From: Octopus sinensis
Lineage: Eukaryota
DNA length: 64,000 nt
Assembly: GCF_006345805.1 (NCBI RefSeq)
Contig: NC_043009.1
Span: 32,736,001-32,800,000 of the forward strand
Direction: 5' to 3'
This document shows positions 10,911 through 24,425 of the stretch, one piece after another. Numbering within the stretch: the stretch's first letter is position 1; each line of letters opens with the position of its first letter. The translations under genes were made by a program, and so were the position numbers. The notes under the pieces were generated by a model. The model saw only the letters and a program-made list of their open reading frames with translations. It was not told where the DNA came from and made no database searches.

Positions 10911-11781
10911 CAGGGTGCCGTGAATAAACTGTCATCTAAATTACTTAAAAATAAAAACACCCCTGACATTTCATCTTAATAGATATATTTACCAAAATTA
11001 CATAAACATATCTTGAAATACTAAACAGTAAATTTATTCAATAAAATTTTCATTCTCTTCAACCACGGCTTCCAGACGTCTTCAAAATCTGCACATCTTC
11101 TTGACAGGCTCCTTATTTAAGTTGGTGAATGCTGCCATAATCTTTGCCTTCAGTTCATCTTTGGTCAAAGCAGTTTTGTTGGTCTCTCGCTCAACTGCGC
11201 GCCACACATGATAATCAAGGTTTTACAGTCTGGGGAGTTACGTGGCCAGATGTTGTGGGCGATGTGGTCGCAGAAATTGTCTGACAGTCATGACTGGGTT
11301 CTCCTGTTTGTGTGCCATGGTGAAGAGTCCTTTTGCCAGATATAGGGTTTTGCAGCAGCCAACCATTTGACCGAGGGCATCACTACCTCCTCCAAGCACT
11401 TAATGAAGGCCTCGGCATTGAGACTGAGGCTGTATGGGAATATGAAGGGAGGCATAACGTCGCCATCACTAATGATGTTACCAAACAGCACGGTGTTAAC
11501 TAGATGTTTGATTTTTATCAATCTCGGTATATGTCCTCAGATTACGCTGTCTTCTGATTGACACCCAAACACTCTGAACTGTTCATATTGGAGCTTCCGG
11601 CAGGAATGCCAATCTTTACAGCATTTCGTTTCCAATTTTCTGGCTGAGTGAATTGCGCCATGGTGCTGTTATACTCACAAAAGGTACCCAACTTACCCAA
11701 TTATACTGTGTAGTTGACAGAATCAAAACAATGGGCGAAATTAAAAATATAAATCGTTGACAATTTACCCATCGCCTCCTC
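10911..11781 (-). mobile_element. Internally deleted DD37D (maT/mori-type) Tc1/mariner element with both TIRs
   Basis: TA flanks; degenerate TIRs cagggtgccgtgaataaactgtc / gacaatttacccatcgcctcctc; VMPPFIFP...WQKDSSPWH...WPRNSPD..LDYHVW motifs; HTH to first catalytic D region missing. Confidence 0.9.
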
Positions 11782-12105
11782 TATATATATATGTATATAT
11801 CTACATGTATACATATACATGAAAAAATTAAGTCTGAGAGCCACAAAAAGACACTAACCTCAATTACGTTTACGGGGAGCGGGCGCAGAAAACTAAAACG
11901 ATGTTTCCCTTGTAAGATGGACTCACCAAATATATAGGTTGATAATGCTTTACCAGGTGATTTCAAACTTTAACCAATAAGGTTTTGTTTCTCTTCAGAA
12001 GTATCCACCGACTACTCAGGGCTAAATTGAGAGTTTGCTTCGTAATAGTAAATGAGAATAGGAAACCGTTGATGAGCAGCACTAAAGATATAGATGTATA
12101 TATAT

Positions 12106-12147
<42 letters not shown>

Positions 12148-12151
<4 letters not shown>

Positions 12152-12355
12152 AAATAATATGTGACAATTATTCGGTAGCCAAGATAAAACTCTGAGTTTC
12201 AGATGCCGAAGTGAAAATCCACAACACCATCTCTTCGATTATCTGGCCATCTCTTGGCTACCGAATAATTGTCACATATTATTTTACAGATACATTTCCT
12301 CTATTTACATAATATTGAGGTATCTTTCTTTCTTTTGTTATCTTACCGTTTTTAC

Positions 12356-12358
<3 letters not shown>
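12148..12358. mobile_element. Penelope-like terminal fragment with perfect 37-bp inverted repeat, flanked by (TA)n
   Basis: 12148-12184 is the exact reverse complement of 12252-12288; the 67-bp spacer carries an HHR-like motif on the minus strand. Confidence 0.75.
12183..12243 (-). ncRNA. Type I hammerhead-like motif, 5' core altered (UCGAAGA)
   Basis: GAUAA-UCGAAGA-GAUG-loop-CAUC-U-GAAA-CUC-A-GAG-U-U|UUAUC: stems I, II and III all pair. Confidence 0.6.
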
Positions 12359-12359
<1 letters not shown>

Positions 12360-12432
<73 letters not shown>

Positions 12433-12545
12433 GAGGGAGGAAGTGAGATATCTAAACAGATAGATAGATACATACATACATACATACATACATACATGCA
12501 TCTATACATGGATGGATGGAGCGAGAGAGAGACAGGCAGACAGAC
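12360..12545. repeat. Compound microsatellite (TA)(GA)(GATA)(TACA)(GGAT)
   Basis: Direct reading. Confidence 0.95.
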
Positions 12546-13299
12546 TGAGGGGGAAAAGATAGATATTAAGCAGTCATTATCGGTCAAATATTTTGTCGTT
12601 AACCCACACCAGTAATGATATTCGGCCTTACTATTATATTTATAAAGGTGTGTTATGGTTCTGAGTGAAATTCAATATTTATCTAAATATCTATTTATAT
12701 CTATCTATCTTGTTATCTATCTCACTGTAGCGAAATCTGAATGATGTGTGTGAATTTCAGACACATTTTTCGTAAATATTTCCTGAGAGAAGAGGGAAAT
12801 TTACTTTTAATTAATTACATTAATTCAATGTTAGACATTATTAAATTCCTTCTTTCAAAGAAATTCAAATACGAAAGTGCCACCAATGTATTCCCTGCTG
12901 TGTCTCCTATTCAATGATCGTCGTCTGGTGTTTAAACTTGGCGAATTAACAAACTCCAAGACAGGTAAACGTTGTTGTTACCGACACACAATGTCACAGT
13001 TCGAGAATCACCCTGAAATATTAATGAATAGATATGTGTTTGTTGAGAAAGGAATTATAATAAAGAAAGTGTGTATTCAAAATTCCCTGTTGATTTATTA
13101 GAAATAGAATGATTTAATTACATTAATATGTATGAATGAATATCAGTTTTAAATTTACACCGGTATCATAGAGACACACAAACCTATAAACCTATATTGA
13201 TGTGTGTGAGTGTGTATGTGTGTGTGCGCGTGCATGCGAGTGTGTTTTTATATGTGCAGCTGTGAGTTTGTGTATATTCGTGTAGATCTGAACTGGCTT

Positions 13300-14700
13300 A
13301 CTTGATTATTTCCTGGTATATTAAAGTTTCGTCTATTTGACGTCAATGTACTCTATTCATCGTGAAGTGAAATAATAAAAGTGATTAAGAAGACATTTCT
13401 CCGTGTAGGTAATAATATGGTTGGTCAGATAACTAATAATTTTCTTAAAGAAGTCCGTTCGTTTTGCAGGCATCAATAGTTATTTCGGCTCTAGCGTAGC
13501 CATGTCGTAAATCGTGTTGTAGATGGCGTAGCTGGACGTAATTGTTCACGTTATTGCGCTAATATTATGTCAGATCCATTATCTTTGCCTGGCATCCTGG
13601 TAGAATCCTGCTCCAGTATTGGTTAAAAAGACATTTTTTATATCTCCCTAAGTTAAAATGAGTTGGGACTTCTCTTTTTACCTTTTTTCTGTTTTTTTTT
13701 TGTTTGTTTTAAGACTTGGCCAGGGGATCGATTATATGGAGTTTTGTCTGTAAGGAAATGAGATAGAACGTAGTTCCGCTATGTATATTAATACGCTATC
13801 TATCTTCCCTAAGTGAAGTTATTTCCCCATTATTTAATACTCAAATCTGTTGGGTTAGTTCTCTAAAGATATAGATGTTTAATGTGCATTTGTAAACCCT
13901 GTGCAGCCGATGCAGTTGTAGCATACAACAGAATCTTATAACATACTTATTGTAGAACATTTTTCTCTATCAACAAACAGGTCTATTGCATAAGAGGCAG
14001 CAACTGAATGCCATTCTCTTGCCCTTGTCGGTGTTGCCATGGGATACTTTCTTTGTGGTTTGACGATCATTTACATATATTCCTCATACAATTAAATCTC
14101 ACGTTCTTATGGAATCTGTGAACACTCCGGAAATGTTTCGTGATAAATAAGAAGACATTTTTTAATATTAAAACGGAATTCGTATTTGTCTGTGGGTTGT
14201 ATTACAACCTCCCACTTCACTGTGATTTTGGTTGTTTGTTCCCTCTTCTGGTGCGTATTTGGTTTTCTACAATGAATACCTGCCTTTTAATACTTTACTG
14301 TAATACGCAATAATTTTAAACATGGTTTCGTCCGAGAATACAGTGGTTGTTGTCTATACCGTGTTGATGGGTACTTATCTAATGACATTATGAAGATATC
14401 CAATAAATAAAAGTTAGAATTATCGCATTGCAGTAAAGAGAAGAATAATTTGATATTTGAGAGTGATGGTCACGAATCTGTGCGTATTTCTCTTCCAGAA
14501 TCATCGTATCACAATAAATGTCTCTGTCCAGGCGTGTCGAACATTCCAGGTGACGATAGGGGATATCCTTAGCAGATTCATCAATGCATACCGCTTGACA
14601 GGATTATGTTTCGCTGAATATGTTATATAACAGACGTTACATTAACATCCAAACTATTGCTCTGATGAAAACTTTCTCTCTTGCACCAATTATAGTTCCA
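13300..14700 (-). mobile_element. Ancient decayed Penelope-like element (RT thumb and GIY-YIG remnants)
   Basis: Fragmentary motifs LDIFIMSLDKY (cf. FLDI....TDIY) and VVCYNCIGC (cf. LIYxIxCxxC); highly degraded. Confidence 0.35.
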
Positions 14701-15125
14701 TAACGTAAATTGTATTAGATATTACAGAACTTCAAAGTCGAATTCCACAAAATGTGAAGTCTGCTATTCTAACCGTGGATAGAATGACTACGGAGCTTTT
14801 GCTGACAAGCAGATGAAAGATAATGTCCATTATTTTGAAGTGGTGTAGTCACGCTAGGATTCTCTTTATGTGATATGAAGTAATTACACTTAATGCACAA
14901 ATGTCAGAACAACCAACAAACAAAAAGATTGATCAGAGATACGCAGGTATAAAACGCTTTATACGACATCTGGTTCTTATCTCTAGTAACAGTCTAACAC
15001 ACCTTGGCTTCAATGAATTTATTTTAAGTTGTTTTCATAAGATACTCTCTTTTATTCATTTGTAGATTTCCTTTGTATTTGCATACGTACTCGGGTTATA
15101 TATATATTTTGATCATATGTCTGCA

Positions 15126-15196
15126 CTGCATATATACATACATATATATTTATATATGTATATATACATACATACATACATACATACATACATACA

Positions 15197-15228
<32 letters not shown>

Positions 15229-15250
15229 GTATACGTATATATATATATAT
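15126..15250. repeat. (TA)/(TACA)n microsatellite
   Basis: Direct reading. Confidence 0.95.
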
Positions 15251-15480
15251 AAAGTTAATCCAAACAAGAAAACACAGAAAAAAAGAGAAAAAAAAAAGGG
15301 AAAAAAGAGAAAAACACAGCAACGCAGGACGTGGAACAATTAAAGTATTATTGACGCTCAGGAAAGAAGGGAAGGAGGGTTTAACGTTTCGAGCGGAGCT
15401 CTTCGTCGGAAACAAGGAGAAGGAAAGATCCCAAGGAGGGAAGACAGAGGAGAAAATATTTGAGCTGGTGGTGCTCAAGA
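15251..15480 (-). mobile_element. Penelope-like pseudo-LTR/terminal repeat, family P1, copy 1
   Basis: Homologous to 52760-52990, 53745-53925 and 54903-55098; ends gtttggattaacttt abutting (TA)n; carries an HHR motif. Confidence 0.8.
15379..15413 (-). ncRNA. Minimal type I hammerhead motif (family P1), U4C variant
   Basis: GUUU-CCGACGA-A-GAGC-UCC-GCUC-GAAA-CG-U-U|AAAC. Confidence 0.7.
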
Positions 15481-15891
15481 TATATATATATATATAAAGA
15501 GACAGAGAAATAAAGAGAGAGAGGGAGAGGGAGGGAGGGAGGGAAAGAGAGCAAGAATAATGTTGACAGTAACGTCGAACATTTGGACTGCTTAGCCTTC
15601 ATCAGCCCCCGTTAAAGGCTCAGCAATAGGACCTTCAAAGTCACTGTCAACATTCTTCTGCATAAAGAATGAATATATATTACAAAACTATCAATACTTC
15701 TATTTAAAGTGAAATTGCTTTCATTTTGATTGTAGTGGGGTGATCTAACTATTTGGCCTTTGAGTATATGTCTATTCGTCTGTCGATTAAAGCACATTCA
15801 CCGTTTCCGGCTACCTGATGTCATCAACAGTTATGATATAATTTTACGATATAATTTTCCGCAGTGTTTATTGAATTTATAATTGATGAAA

Positions 15892-16137
15892 GAAACGGAA
15901 GATGGATTTAGTACGAATCTTTATTCAGCACGATGATCGTTTCGTCCCATACCGCGGCTGTCCCTTAGAGGTAGCATATTGTGCATCTAGATGTGTTGCA
16001 TCAATTAGTACAGGCTGTTTCACTTCAGAAGCTTGGTGTAAAAAAAAAGAGAGAACCCACTAGATATACTGAGCTCTCACTTGTTGTACATGGACACACT
16101 AAATAAAGATTCGTTCTAAATTCCATCTTCCTTTTCC
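15892..16137. mobile_element. ~245-bp element bounded by ~38-bp imperfect inverted repeats (PLE-type or MITE)
   Basis: gaaacggaagatggatttagtacgaatctttattcag versus reverse complement of 16099-16137, about 4 differences; HHR-like 3' half on the minus strand inside. Confidence 0.6.
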
Positions 16138-16150
16138 TTCCTCAATTATA

Positions 16151-16600
16151 CAGGGTGGATAGAAAGTAACAAAGCATTAAAAATTGCTTATAGAATTTTT
16201 ATTATCTCTGAAGTCATGACGAAAACATTTTTTAAACAGACAACATTAATGGGGACTTCTTATTGGCTTATTGTCTAATTTCTTATTTATTATTTTCCAA
16301 ATTGCCAGTCGCTTGACTGTTTAAGAGTGAGTCAGATAGCAGCAAGCTATGAAGTGTGGAATTCCAATGTTTTGGTTTAGAGATATACATGTAGTGGTAT
16401 ACATGTAAAGGTAAGCATACAACACTACGTTCGGTGGCAATAAAAAGTTGTCATGCAAAGCTGATGACCACAGATTCTGCGAACGATAAAAGAATTGGCT
16501 GTCCAACCACATCACGATCAGCGAAAAATGTGGCATCAGTGAGAAAGTCTTTTTCGTTTCGAGACTACGCTCTTCAAAAGAAAGGAACACACGAAAACAA
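16151..16600 (+). mobile_element. 5' part of a Tc1/mariner-superfamily element (DUF4817-like N-terminus)
   Basis: TA|cagggtgg TIR start; KLMTTDSANDKRIGCPTTSRSAKNVASVRKS, cf. KF..TGSV.D.KRSGRP.T.RS.ENVA.VR.S. Confidence 0.65.
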
Positions 16601-16680
16601 ACAGAGAGAGAATAACAAAATCTTTAGTGGCTAACGGTCAATCATGGTGATGGCTGGACGGAGGTGATTTATATACGACA

Positions 16681-16830
16681 GGCTTCTTTCAGTTTCCGTC
16701 TGCCAAATCCATTTACAAGGGTTTGGTCGACCCGAGGCTAAAGTAGAAAACACTTGCTCCAAAGTGCCACGCAGTGGGATAGAACCCGGAACCATGTGAT
16801 TGGGAAGCAAGCTTCTTACCACAGCCACAT
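16681..16830 (-). mobile_element. SINE family B, 5' half
   Basis: Reverse complement gtggctgtggtaagaagcttgcttcccaatcacatggttccgggttct...ggcagacggaaactgaaagaagcc. Confidence 0.9.
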
Positions 16831-17103
16831 TTCTTTCGTACTTTATCTTGTGTTGTAGTCGACACATCGTCAATGAGTTTGTGTGAGGTTATTCGCTGTT
16901 TAGGATTTTCCAATAATCACACATCCACATCCAGGCAATGTAGTTTAAGTTGCTGAAATCTGAAATCGCGTCCATTTAATACCACACCCAACCATCACTT
17001 CCAGGGTTCACACAGCCATATTGAAAGCCACCCTATCGCAAATTCAGTTGCAGTATTTTAATAAGAAAATCAACAGATTTACGTATTTAATTCTAAAAGT
17101 ATT

Positions 17104-17302
17104 GATTTCTGATTTAGGCACAATGCCAGCAATTTCTGAGTGGGTGGTAAATTTATTACAGCGACCCGAGTATCTTACTGGTACATATTTCATCCACCCC
17201 GAAAGAATTGAAGATAGAGTCGACCTCAGAACATGAAGACCGAAGACCTGCCGGTAAGCATTTTACCCGGCGTGCTAAAGATTCTGCCAGCTTACCGTCT
17301 TC
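17104..17302 (-). mobile_element. SINE family A (first of tandem pair)
   Basis: Reverse-complement head aagacggtaagctggcagaatc...; short internal deletion. Confidence 0.85.
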
Positions 17303-17318
17303 TAAATCTAAAAATATT

Positions 17319-17531
17319 CTTTTCTACTCTTGGCACAAAGCCTGAAATTTTGGGGAAGGTGGGGCAAGCGATTAGATTGACTCCAGTACGTAACTGGTAC
17401 TTAATTTATCAACCCCAAGCGAGAAAGCAAAGTTGATCTCGGATGAATTTGAACTGAGAACGTGAAAACCAACGACGTGCCGCTAAGCATTTATGCCCGG
17501 CGTGCTAACGATTCTGCCAGCTCGCCGCCTT
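17319..17531 (-). mobile_element. SINE family A (second of tandem pair)
   Basis: Reverse-complement head aaggcggcgagctggcagaatcgttagcacgccgggc. Confidence 0.9.
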
Positions 17532-18674
17532 CGAATTCTAAAAGTATTAGCTTTAATTCTATTTTATAAAATTTGTTATCGCGTATGAAATAAATATATG
17601 TTAGAGAAATAAAACGTTGGAGTTCATACAGATGTAACTTTACTACAAACTACGCAAATATAAAAATCTGTTTGCGTATCTAGATTAAATGGCGATCGAA
17701 TTAAATATTGAAGGAAATGTTAAGTTGCTTTGAATTTTCGGAAGTTTATTTTTGAAATTTGTGGTAATAATAAAATAGTTAGAAAAATAATTAAATACTG
17801 GAAAAAGATTACTGGTAGAGTATTCACTGAATTAAAAACATAGCGTTTTTATCAGCTAAAGAGTAATAATTTACTTTGCTATTATCTACTTTTAACTCAG
17901 ACAAATACGTTAAAACAAATCGGTAAAACAAAATATGTTTCGAAAATAAAATAATCTGGAAGACATTCATGACTACATTGCTTCCTACATCAGAGAACCA
18001 TTCACCATTCTACCATCCTACAAGCAATCGCACATATACACATACATATCTGCGTGCGTATGTACGTACGTGCGTGTGGGTGTGTGTGTGTGTTTGTGTG
18101 TACAATATGTGTTAGAGTTCGTCTCTTTGTATTTGCAGTTGTGTATCTTGTTTTGGTGGTGACATGGTAGGAAAAATCCTATAAGTTGGACAACTCTTAA
18201 TGTCAATACACGCGTCAACAGTTATCCTGTTGACTCCAGTAAGAAACATATTCTCATTTCCTATATAGCAAGTCAATTTGGGAAAGATTTTAAATCTTGA
18301 GATTCTCTTTCCTTTTCATTCGGAGTCAGATCTGTCTGCCATTTGGCGATTGCTCTGTGCTTTCCGGAAGAAGCGATTGTTTTAATAAGCTAAAATATTA
18401 TCCGAAATTATATTTAATGTACGTTATGAGGTTCCGTTCTTCAAATATCTGCATTCTAGTCACATGGAGTTATTTGTCACAGCTCATGTTTATTATAAAT
18501 ACATGCAAATATACACACAATCACACATACACACAGTCTCTCTCTCTCTCTCACAGGTTCACTGAGTCGTTGATTGTAGATGAAGCGCCATCTATGTTGG
18601 TCGGTGTCACACAGATTTTCTGCAAAGGAATCCTCATCACCCATCATCAAAATTATTCATTTTGTCTGTATATT

Positions 18675-18848
18675 TTGACAAGAGTCACAAGACCAGCAAC
18701 TTCAGGAGAGGGGAAAAGTCGATTACATCGACCGCTGTTGGATGAAAGCAAAGTCGGCCTCAGCGGAATTTGAACTCAAAATGTAAAGATGGACGAAATG
18801 CTGCTAATCATTTTGCCCGGGGTGCTAACGATTCAGCCAGCTCGTCGA
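18675..18848 (-). mobile_element. SINE family A with internal deletion
   Basis: Reverse complement cgacgagctggctgaatcgttagcaccccgggc...gagttcaaattccgctgaggccgactttg. Confidence 0.85.
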
Positions 18849-19148
18849 GTAATATTCAATTATAAAAATCTGGTATTTTATTAATTTAGGTTGTTGCAGA
18901 ACCAACCAACAACTGGACGAATCATCTGGTAAATTAAGACCATATCAAGAATTAGTTATTTTTTTCCCCTTATATCAAGTGTTGTGGTAAAATTTAATAT
19001 AAAGGGGCTGTTAATACCTGCCTGATAGTTTTTAAATGTACAATAAGCTTCAAGAATTAAAGGATGTGATCCTAAATAATATGTAAATATTACATATGAT
19101 TACGAGATCAAAGTGTTTATTTCTTTAACAATGTTCTAGGGACTAATT

Positions 19149-19150
19149 CA

Positions 19151-19207
<57 letters not shown>

Positions 19208-19262
19208 CAAATATATAGATAAATAGATAATTAGATAGATAGACAGATACATACATATATTC

Positions 19263-19301
<39 letters not shown>

Positions 19302-19410
19302 CACACATACATACATACATACATACATACATACATGCATGCATACGTACATACATACATACATACATACATACATACATACATACATACATGTGTATAT
19401 ATCTATATAT
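19149..19410. repeat. Compound (GATA)(TA)(TACA) microsatellite
   Basis: Direct reading. Confidence 0.95.
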
Positions 19411-21274
19411 ATAGTCAATATATTTCCTTCGGAATAGATATAAGTGATTTTCCATTGTACGTACACATTTTAAGGTTTTCGGTGTTTCAACTGCCTGCGG
19501 GAAATTTTTACAGAGAAATTTTTTACTGAGAAATTTTTACTGAGAAATCACCAGTGACCCGATTTAGTGAGAGTTTCATCTGGTGAACCACAGTTCAGTC
19601 AATTAGTTTGGTTGCCCACAACGCTATACACGCTCCTTCCTCTCTGTGATTCCAAGGTTTCCAGCAATCAGTAAGAGAATTGATAACACCACATCGATAA
19701 AATCAACCAGTTCCCTTCTCTCGCTACAGTTCTGGCTGAGCAAAAGAAATTCCTAAATAGCATCTCATTAATTTCTCCTTTGTGTTCTTTCTTAACCATT
19801 CTTACAAATTATATTGCAATGTAGAGTTTATTTCTTATCTTCATCAACCTTACAACTCAGCATTTTCCTACATTTATTTACTTTTGTATCCTTCCCGCTT
19901 TGTCTCCTCTGACTTTCAGTTGAACACCTTATCTTTCAAAACCTAAATATCAATATTTCTTTCTCTCCATCTCCCGCTAAATTTCTTTCTCTTTCAGCAC
20001 GACACTCCTTCCTTCCTTTTCCTTCCCTTTATTCCTTCGTCTTGCGTTATCTTCTTTAATACCAGTACATAATCTTTCTGTCTTCATCTCTCTGTCTCTC
20101 TGTCTCTCTCTCTCTCTCTATCTCACCCCACCGTCCCTCTCTCTCTCTCTCTCTCTTTAACTTACTTTCCATTCCCACTATTCTAAACAATCCATCTCTT
20201 TTCATTGCGTTTTCTTTAAAATATATGTATGTCTGTGTGTATGTATGTATGTATGTATGTATGTATGTATGTATGTATGTAGTATGTATGTATGTAAATA
20301 TATATGTATGTGTATGTATGAATGTATGTATGCATGTCTATAACTCTCTCCAAGTAAGAATTATTTACAAGCCTTAAACATTCTCTTAACATATTAATCA
20401 TACGTTTCCCGTTAGACTTACATTTTTACAAATCTACAGCTCCTCCCTTTTCGCTTACGAAAATCTCTCTCTCTCACTGTCTTCGATTCTCCTCATTCCT
20501 CGTACCTAATCTTACACTCACATCTCTTTATGATACTATACTTTTGATTCTCAATAATCGGGGGGTGGGGGTCTGCAACAGTTTTGAATATAGGCAGAAA
20601 ATTGTATTTTAACAAATTTGAACAAAAAGGAACATGAAATTAGTATGGGTCATTTTAAACTCAGAAACTCAGAGCATAACTTAAATTTAAAAAGAGACTT
20701 AATGGGGCAATCTCATGAGAATATTTATTTATAAACTCAGTATCAGAGAAAGTATATTCAAAAAGAGAGAGGGAAAGATATATTTGGATTTACAGAAGTC
20801 GTGTTGTGGCTATGCTTGAAATATGTTCAGAATCGAAAGGTTAATCGTGATTTAAAACAACACGTAATGAAATAAAACTTGAGGTGTGAGACGATAAAAT
20901 TCTAGATGTGTGAAAGAGATAGTATTATAGATGCCGCAGAGATAAACTATGAAATGTGTGATAATGATTACGAAACGAAAATATAAAATTATAGTATGCC
21001 AAAGAGTAAAATAGGGAAGATATTTCTTGCATAGAATTGGCTTGAAGCTACTTCATTCTTTTCTCATAGTTTAGTTTTAGTAAGTCTTCTTTAGTTATTA
21101 TGGTTGTCACTGGAATTGGTAACCGAATAACCATCTAATGAGCATGAAGTGGGCGAGGAAAAAACTGAGGTGTATGCTGCAGCACTGCAATATATAATAG
21201 AGATTAATGTTGCTATCTTTATGGTATGTTCGTTTCATATTTCATTTGGTGTGTTGCAATATGTAGGAAAGACT

Positions 21275-21470
21275 AAGGCAGGGAGCTGGTTGAATCGTTA
21301 GCACGTCGGACAAAATGCTTAGCGGCACTTCGTCCGTCTTTACGTTCTGAGCTCAATTTCCATCGCAATTGACTTTGCCTTTCATTCTTTGAGATTGATA
21401 AAATAATCACTGGTTAATCACTGGGGTCGATGTAATCGACTTACTCCATCCCCTGAAAGTGCAGAGGCTA
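21275..21470 (+). mobile_element. SINE family A
   Basis: aaggcagggagctggttgaatcgttagcacg...ctggggtcgatgtaatcgacttac. Confidence 0.9.
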
Positions 21471-23583
21471 AAGAAGGTTTTATCTTTCAACGTAGGCTTT
21501 ACGTCTTTTTTAGGCCGTAGGACTACATGCAGGATCAAGGACATATTTTGGTTTCAAACAATTGAAGGTTAATGGACGTTTGGTTTATTACGAACGCTTG
21601 ACATTGCTATTAATAATAAATAGGATCACAGTTGATTCTGCTTTTGATTTCTCAGTTTTACAGGAATGCATTAGGGGCAATGTCTAACTTAGATTCAGAG
21701 ATAGAGAGGATGTAGTTCTCACGTTAGTTTGTTCGGTTTGATTCAAGGACCGACTGTTTACAGTCATTATGTTGATTGTTTACGATACAGAAAGACTTCT
21801 AGTTACCCTCACAATTTTAGCCGCTTTTGATTCAGAGATGCATAGCTTATTCGCTATCTCTGAATCCATATGGCTGTTTTAGGAATTTGTGTGAGTTGGT
21901 GGAAGGAAAAAAAGAAGTTATTCCTGGAAGAAACATCATTTGTGTGTCTGTATGCTTAGAACAGAGTAGACACTGCTACAGACAGCCATATCCAAAGTGT
22001 TGAGGATTAATTGGTCAACAGATTTAACCTACCATGCAAAATTATCAACAAAAGTTACAGGACTCTCTAATAACTCCAAAAATATTTTACTTGTGTGACA
22101 TAAGGTTTCCTGTGTCACCTTTTGTATCTTATTATTTGGACACCAATATCTTATATGGATATATATGTATGTATGAGTATGCGTAGGAATTCGTGTTTCT
22201 ATGTAAGATTTAAATATTTATTTGGCCATAGATGACTGTTGTGTTTACTTAAATGGAAGATCATAGCACGGCGAGGAAGCAGAATCCGAAGTATGCTGTA
22301 CAAAATGTTTAGCAGAATTTCTTCCGATTCTTTAAATTTTCTCCTTACCTCGATGGCGTTGGTAACATATATTAAAAGTATCTTACAGAACTATATTCAT
22401 GAAAAAGTATAGAACTTTATTACCACCCTCAAATTTGTGAAACAAACATTCATAACTTTTTTTCTTTTATAACTTCATTACATGAGATTGGCACCATGAA
22501 ATTCCTCGAATTGAGCTTTATCATTTAAGCCTAATTAAAATATAATTTGCTGTTAAAATAAAAAAAAAAGTTATTTAGATACAAAAATTGATTGTTGGCG
22601 TTACTTACTCTCCTATTACATTGCTACAAATTTTTATGTAAACATTTTATACTAGATCAAATTTTAATATTTTATGCCAAAATGTAGTTAGGGACCAGTC
22701 TTCTTGAAAATGTGAATTAGCGACAAGCTCTGAAAGGTGCTGCGTTTGAGTAAATTCCCGTCGTTGAATGATATTCAGAAATGAGTAGAAATGGGCCGTA
22801 CATATGTATACACGCAGAGACATATAAACATACATGAACATATGTGTATGCGCATATATGCATGTGTGTGTGTATTTGTGTGTATGTGTGTGAAAGTGTG
22901 TGTGTATTTGGGTATGTGTATGTATATAACTATCTGTGAAACTAAATGTGTGTTTGCGAACATTGTTGGTAAGTAGACATGCTGACAGCTACCTTTGTCA
23001 TCAACAGGGTTTTATAGAACCATTTCATACCAAAATGACCCCACCAAAAAATTCCATTTCTTTATTCCTTATTCTTGATCTAATTCTTCTCACCCGACCT
23101 CTCTTTTTATATACACACACACATTCATTTGTTTGTGTATAAATGGATGAATATATATGAATGAATACATGTATTTCTGTGTTTGTGCTTCTCTCTGTGT
23201 ATATGTGTACGGTCGTATGTTTGCGTGTGTGTGTGCATGTGTATATGTATATGTGTGAGTGTGTGTATATACGTGTATATGTATTATGTATATATTTGTG
23301 TGTGTGTGTGTGTGTGCGTACGCGTGTGTGTTGTTAATGTGTGTATGGTTGTAATTAAATACTCTTTACAGAAACAGTGAATAACACACTACACGATCAG
23401 TTTGAAAACTGCTTTTAAGAGAGAAACTCGCCTCAGTGCCCCACCTTCTAAAATATCTAATAACATAAACATCAAATCGTTACAGTGGAAAAACTACCAG
23501 AAAATATTTTCTCAATATTTAATACTGTACCAAATGTCTTTCTAGTTTTTATTCTACTACACACACGCACACACGCACACACA

Positions 23584-23641
<58 letters not shown>

Positions 23642-23789
23642 CACACACAGAGATATACGTTTATGAATTTGTTTTGTTTTGGAGGATTCTTGATGTGAAG
23701 TCGTGTGTTGAAAGATATTGTATTTCGGAATGGCCATTTTTTGTTGCCTCATAAACACATGCAGTACTTCTTAATATTCTGTCGATCTC

Positions 23790-24085
23790 TATTGACAAAC
23801 CGCTAAGTTATGGAGTCGTAAACTACGCAATACCCGTTATTAAGCATCAGGTTGCAAACAGACACATACACACACAAACTCATACACTTATTCACACATA
23901 CAGACACAGACACACACATATGCGCCGGGCTTCCAGACAGTTTCGGCTAACATATACACTCACAAATCATTAGTCGGCTCTGGGTTACAGTAGAAGACAC
24001 TTACTGAAGGTACTAAAGAATGGGACTAAACCCGAAAACATTTAGATGCGAAGTGAGCTTCTTGTCCACACGTCTATACTTACGC
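23790..24085 (-). mobile_element. SINE family B, degenerate
   Basis: aaccgctaagttatggagtcgtaaac, cagtagaagacact and aagtgagcttctt motifs in reverse orientation. Confidence 0.75.
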
Positions 24086-24424
24086 TTAAGTGAAACAAAT
24101 CCAATACAATTGTAACGGAGTCACTGGATGCTTAAAAAAAGTTGTGATTTCCGGCGTTCGTTGTCTTAGTGAATATATTCAACAAGATTCCAGCAGAGAA
24201 AAAGTAATGATAAAAGGACCACATTATGGAAGAAGGTGGCAGAATGACAACCACTATATCCCGTTCTTTATCTCTATTTCAATATTTATTATCAGTCGGA
24301 GCAGCAGTGTTAAGTGACTTGAACGCATCACCTAGATATTTATACTTGGCTGGAATTACAGCAAAATAATTATATTTTTATTTCCACCGAATATTTTTTT
24401 TTAAATTTACTTCATATCTTACTA

Positions 24425-24425
<1 letters not shown>

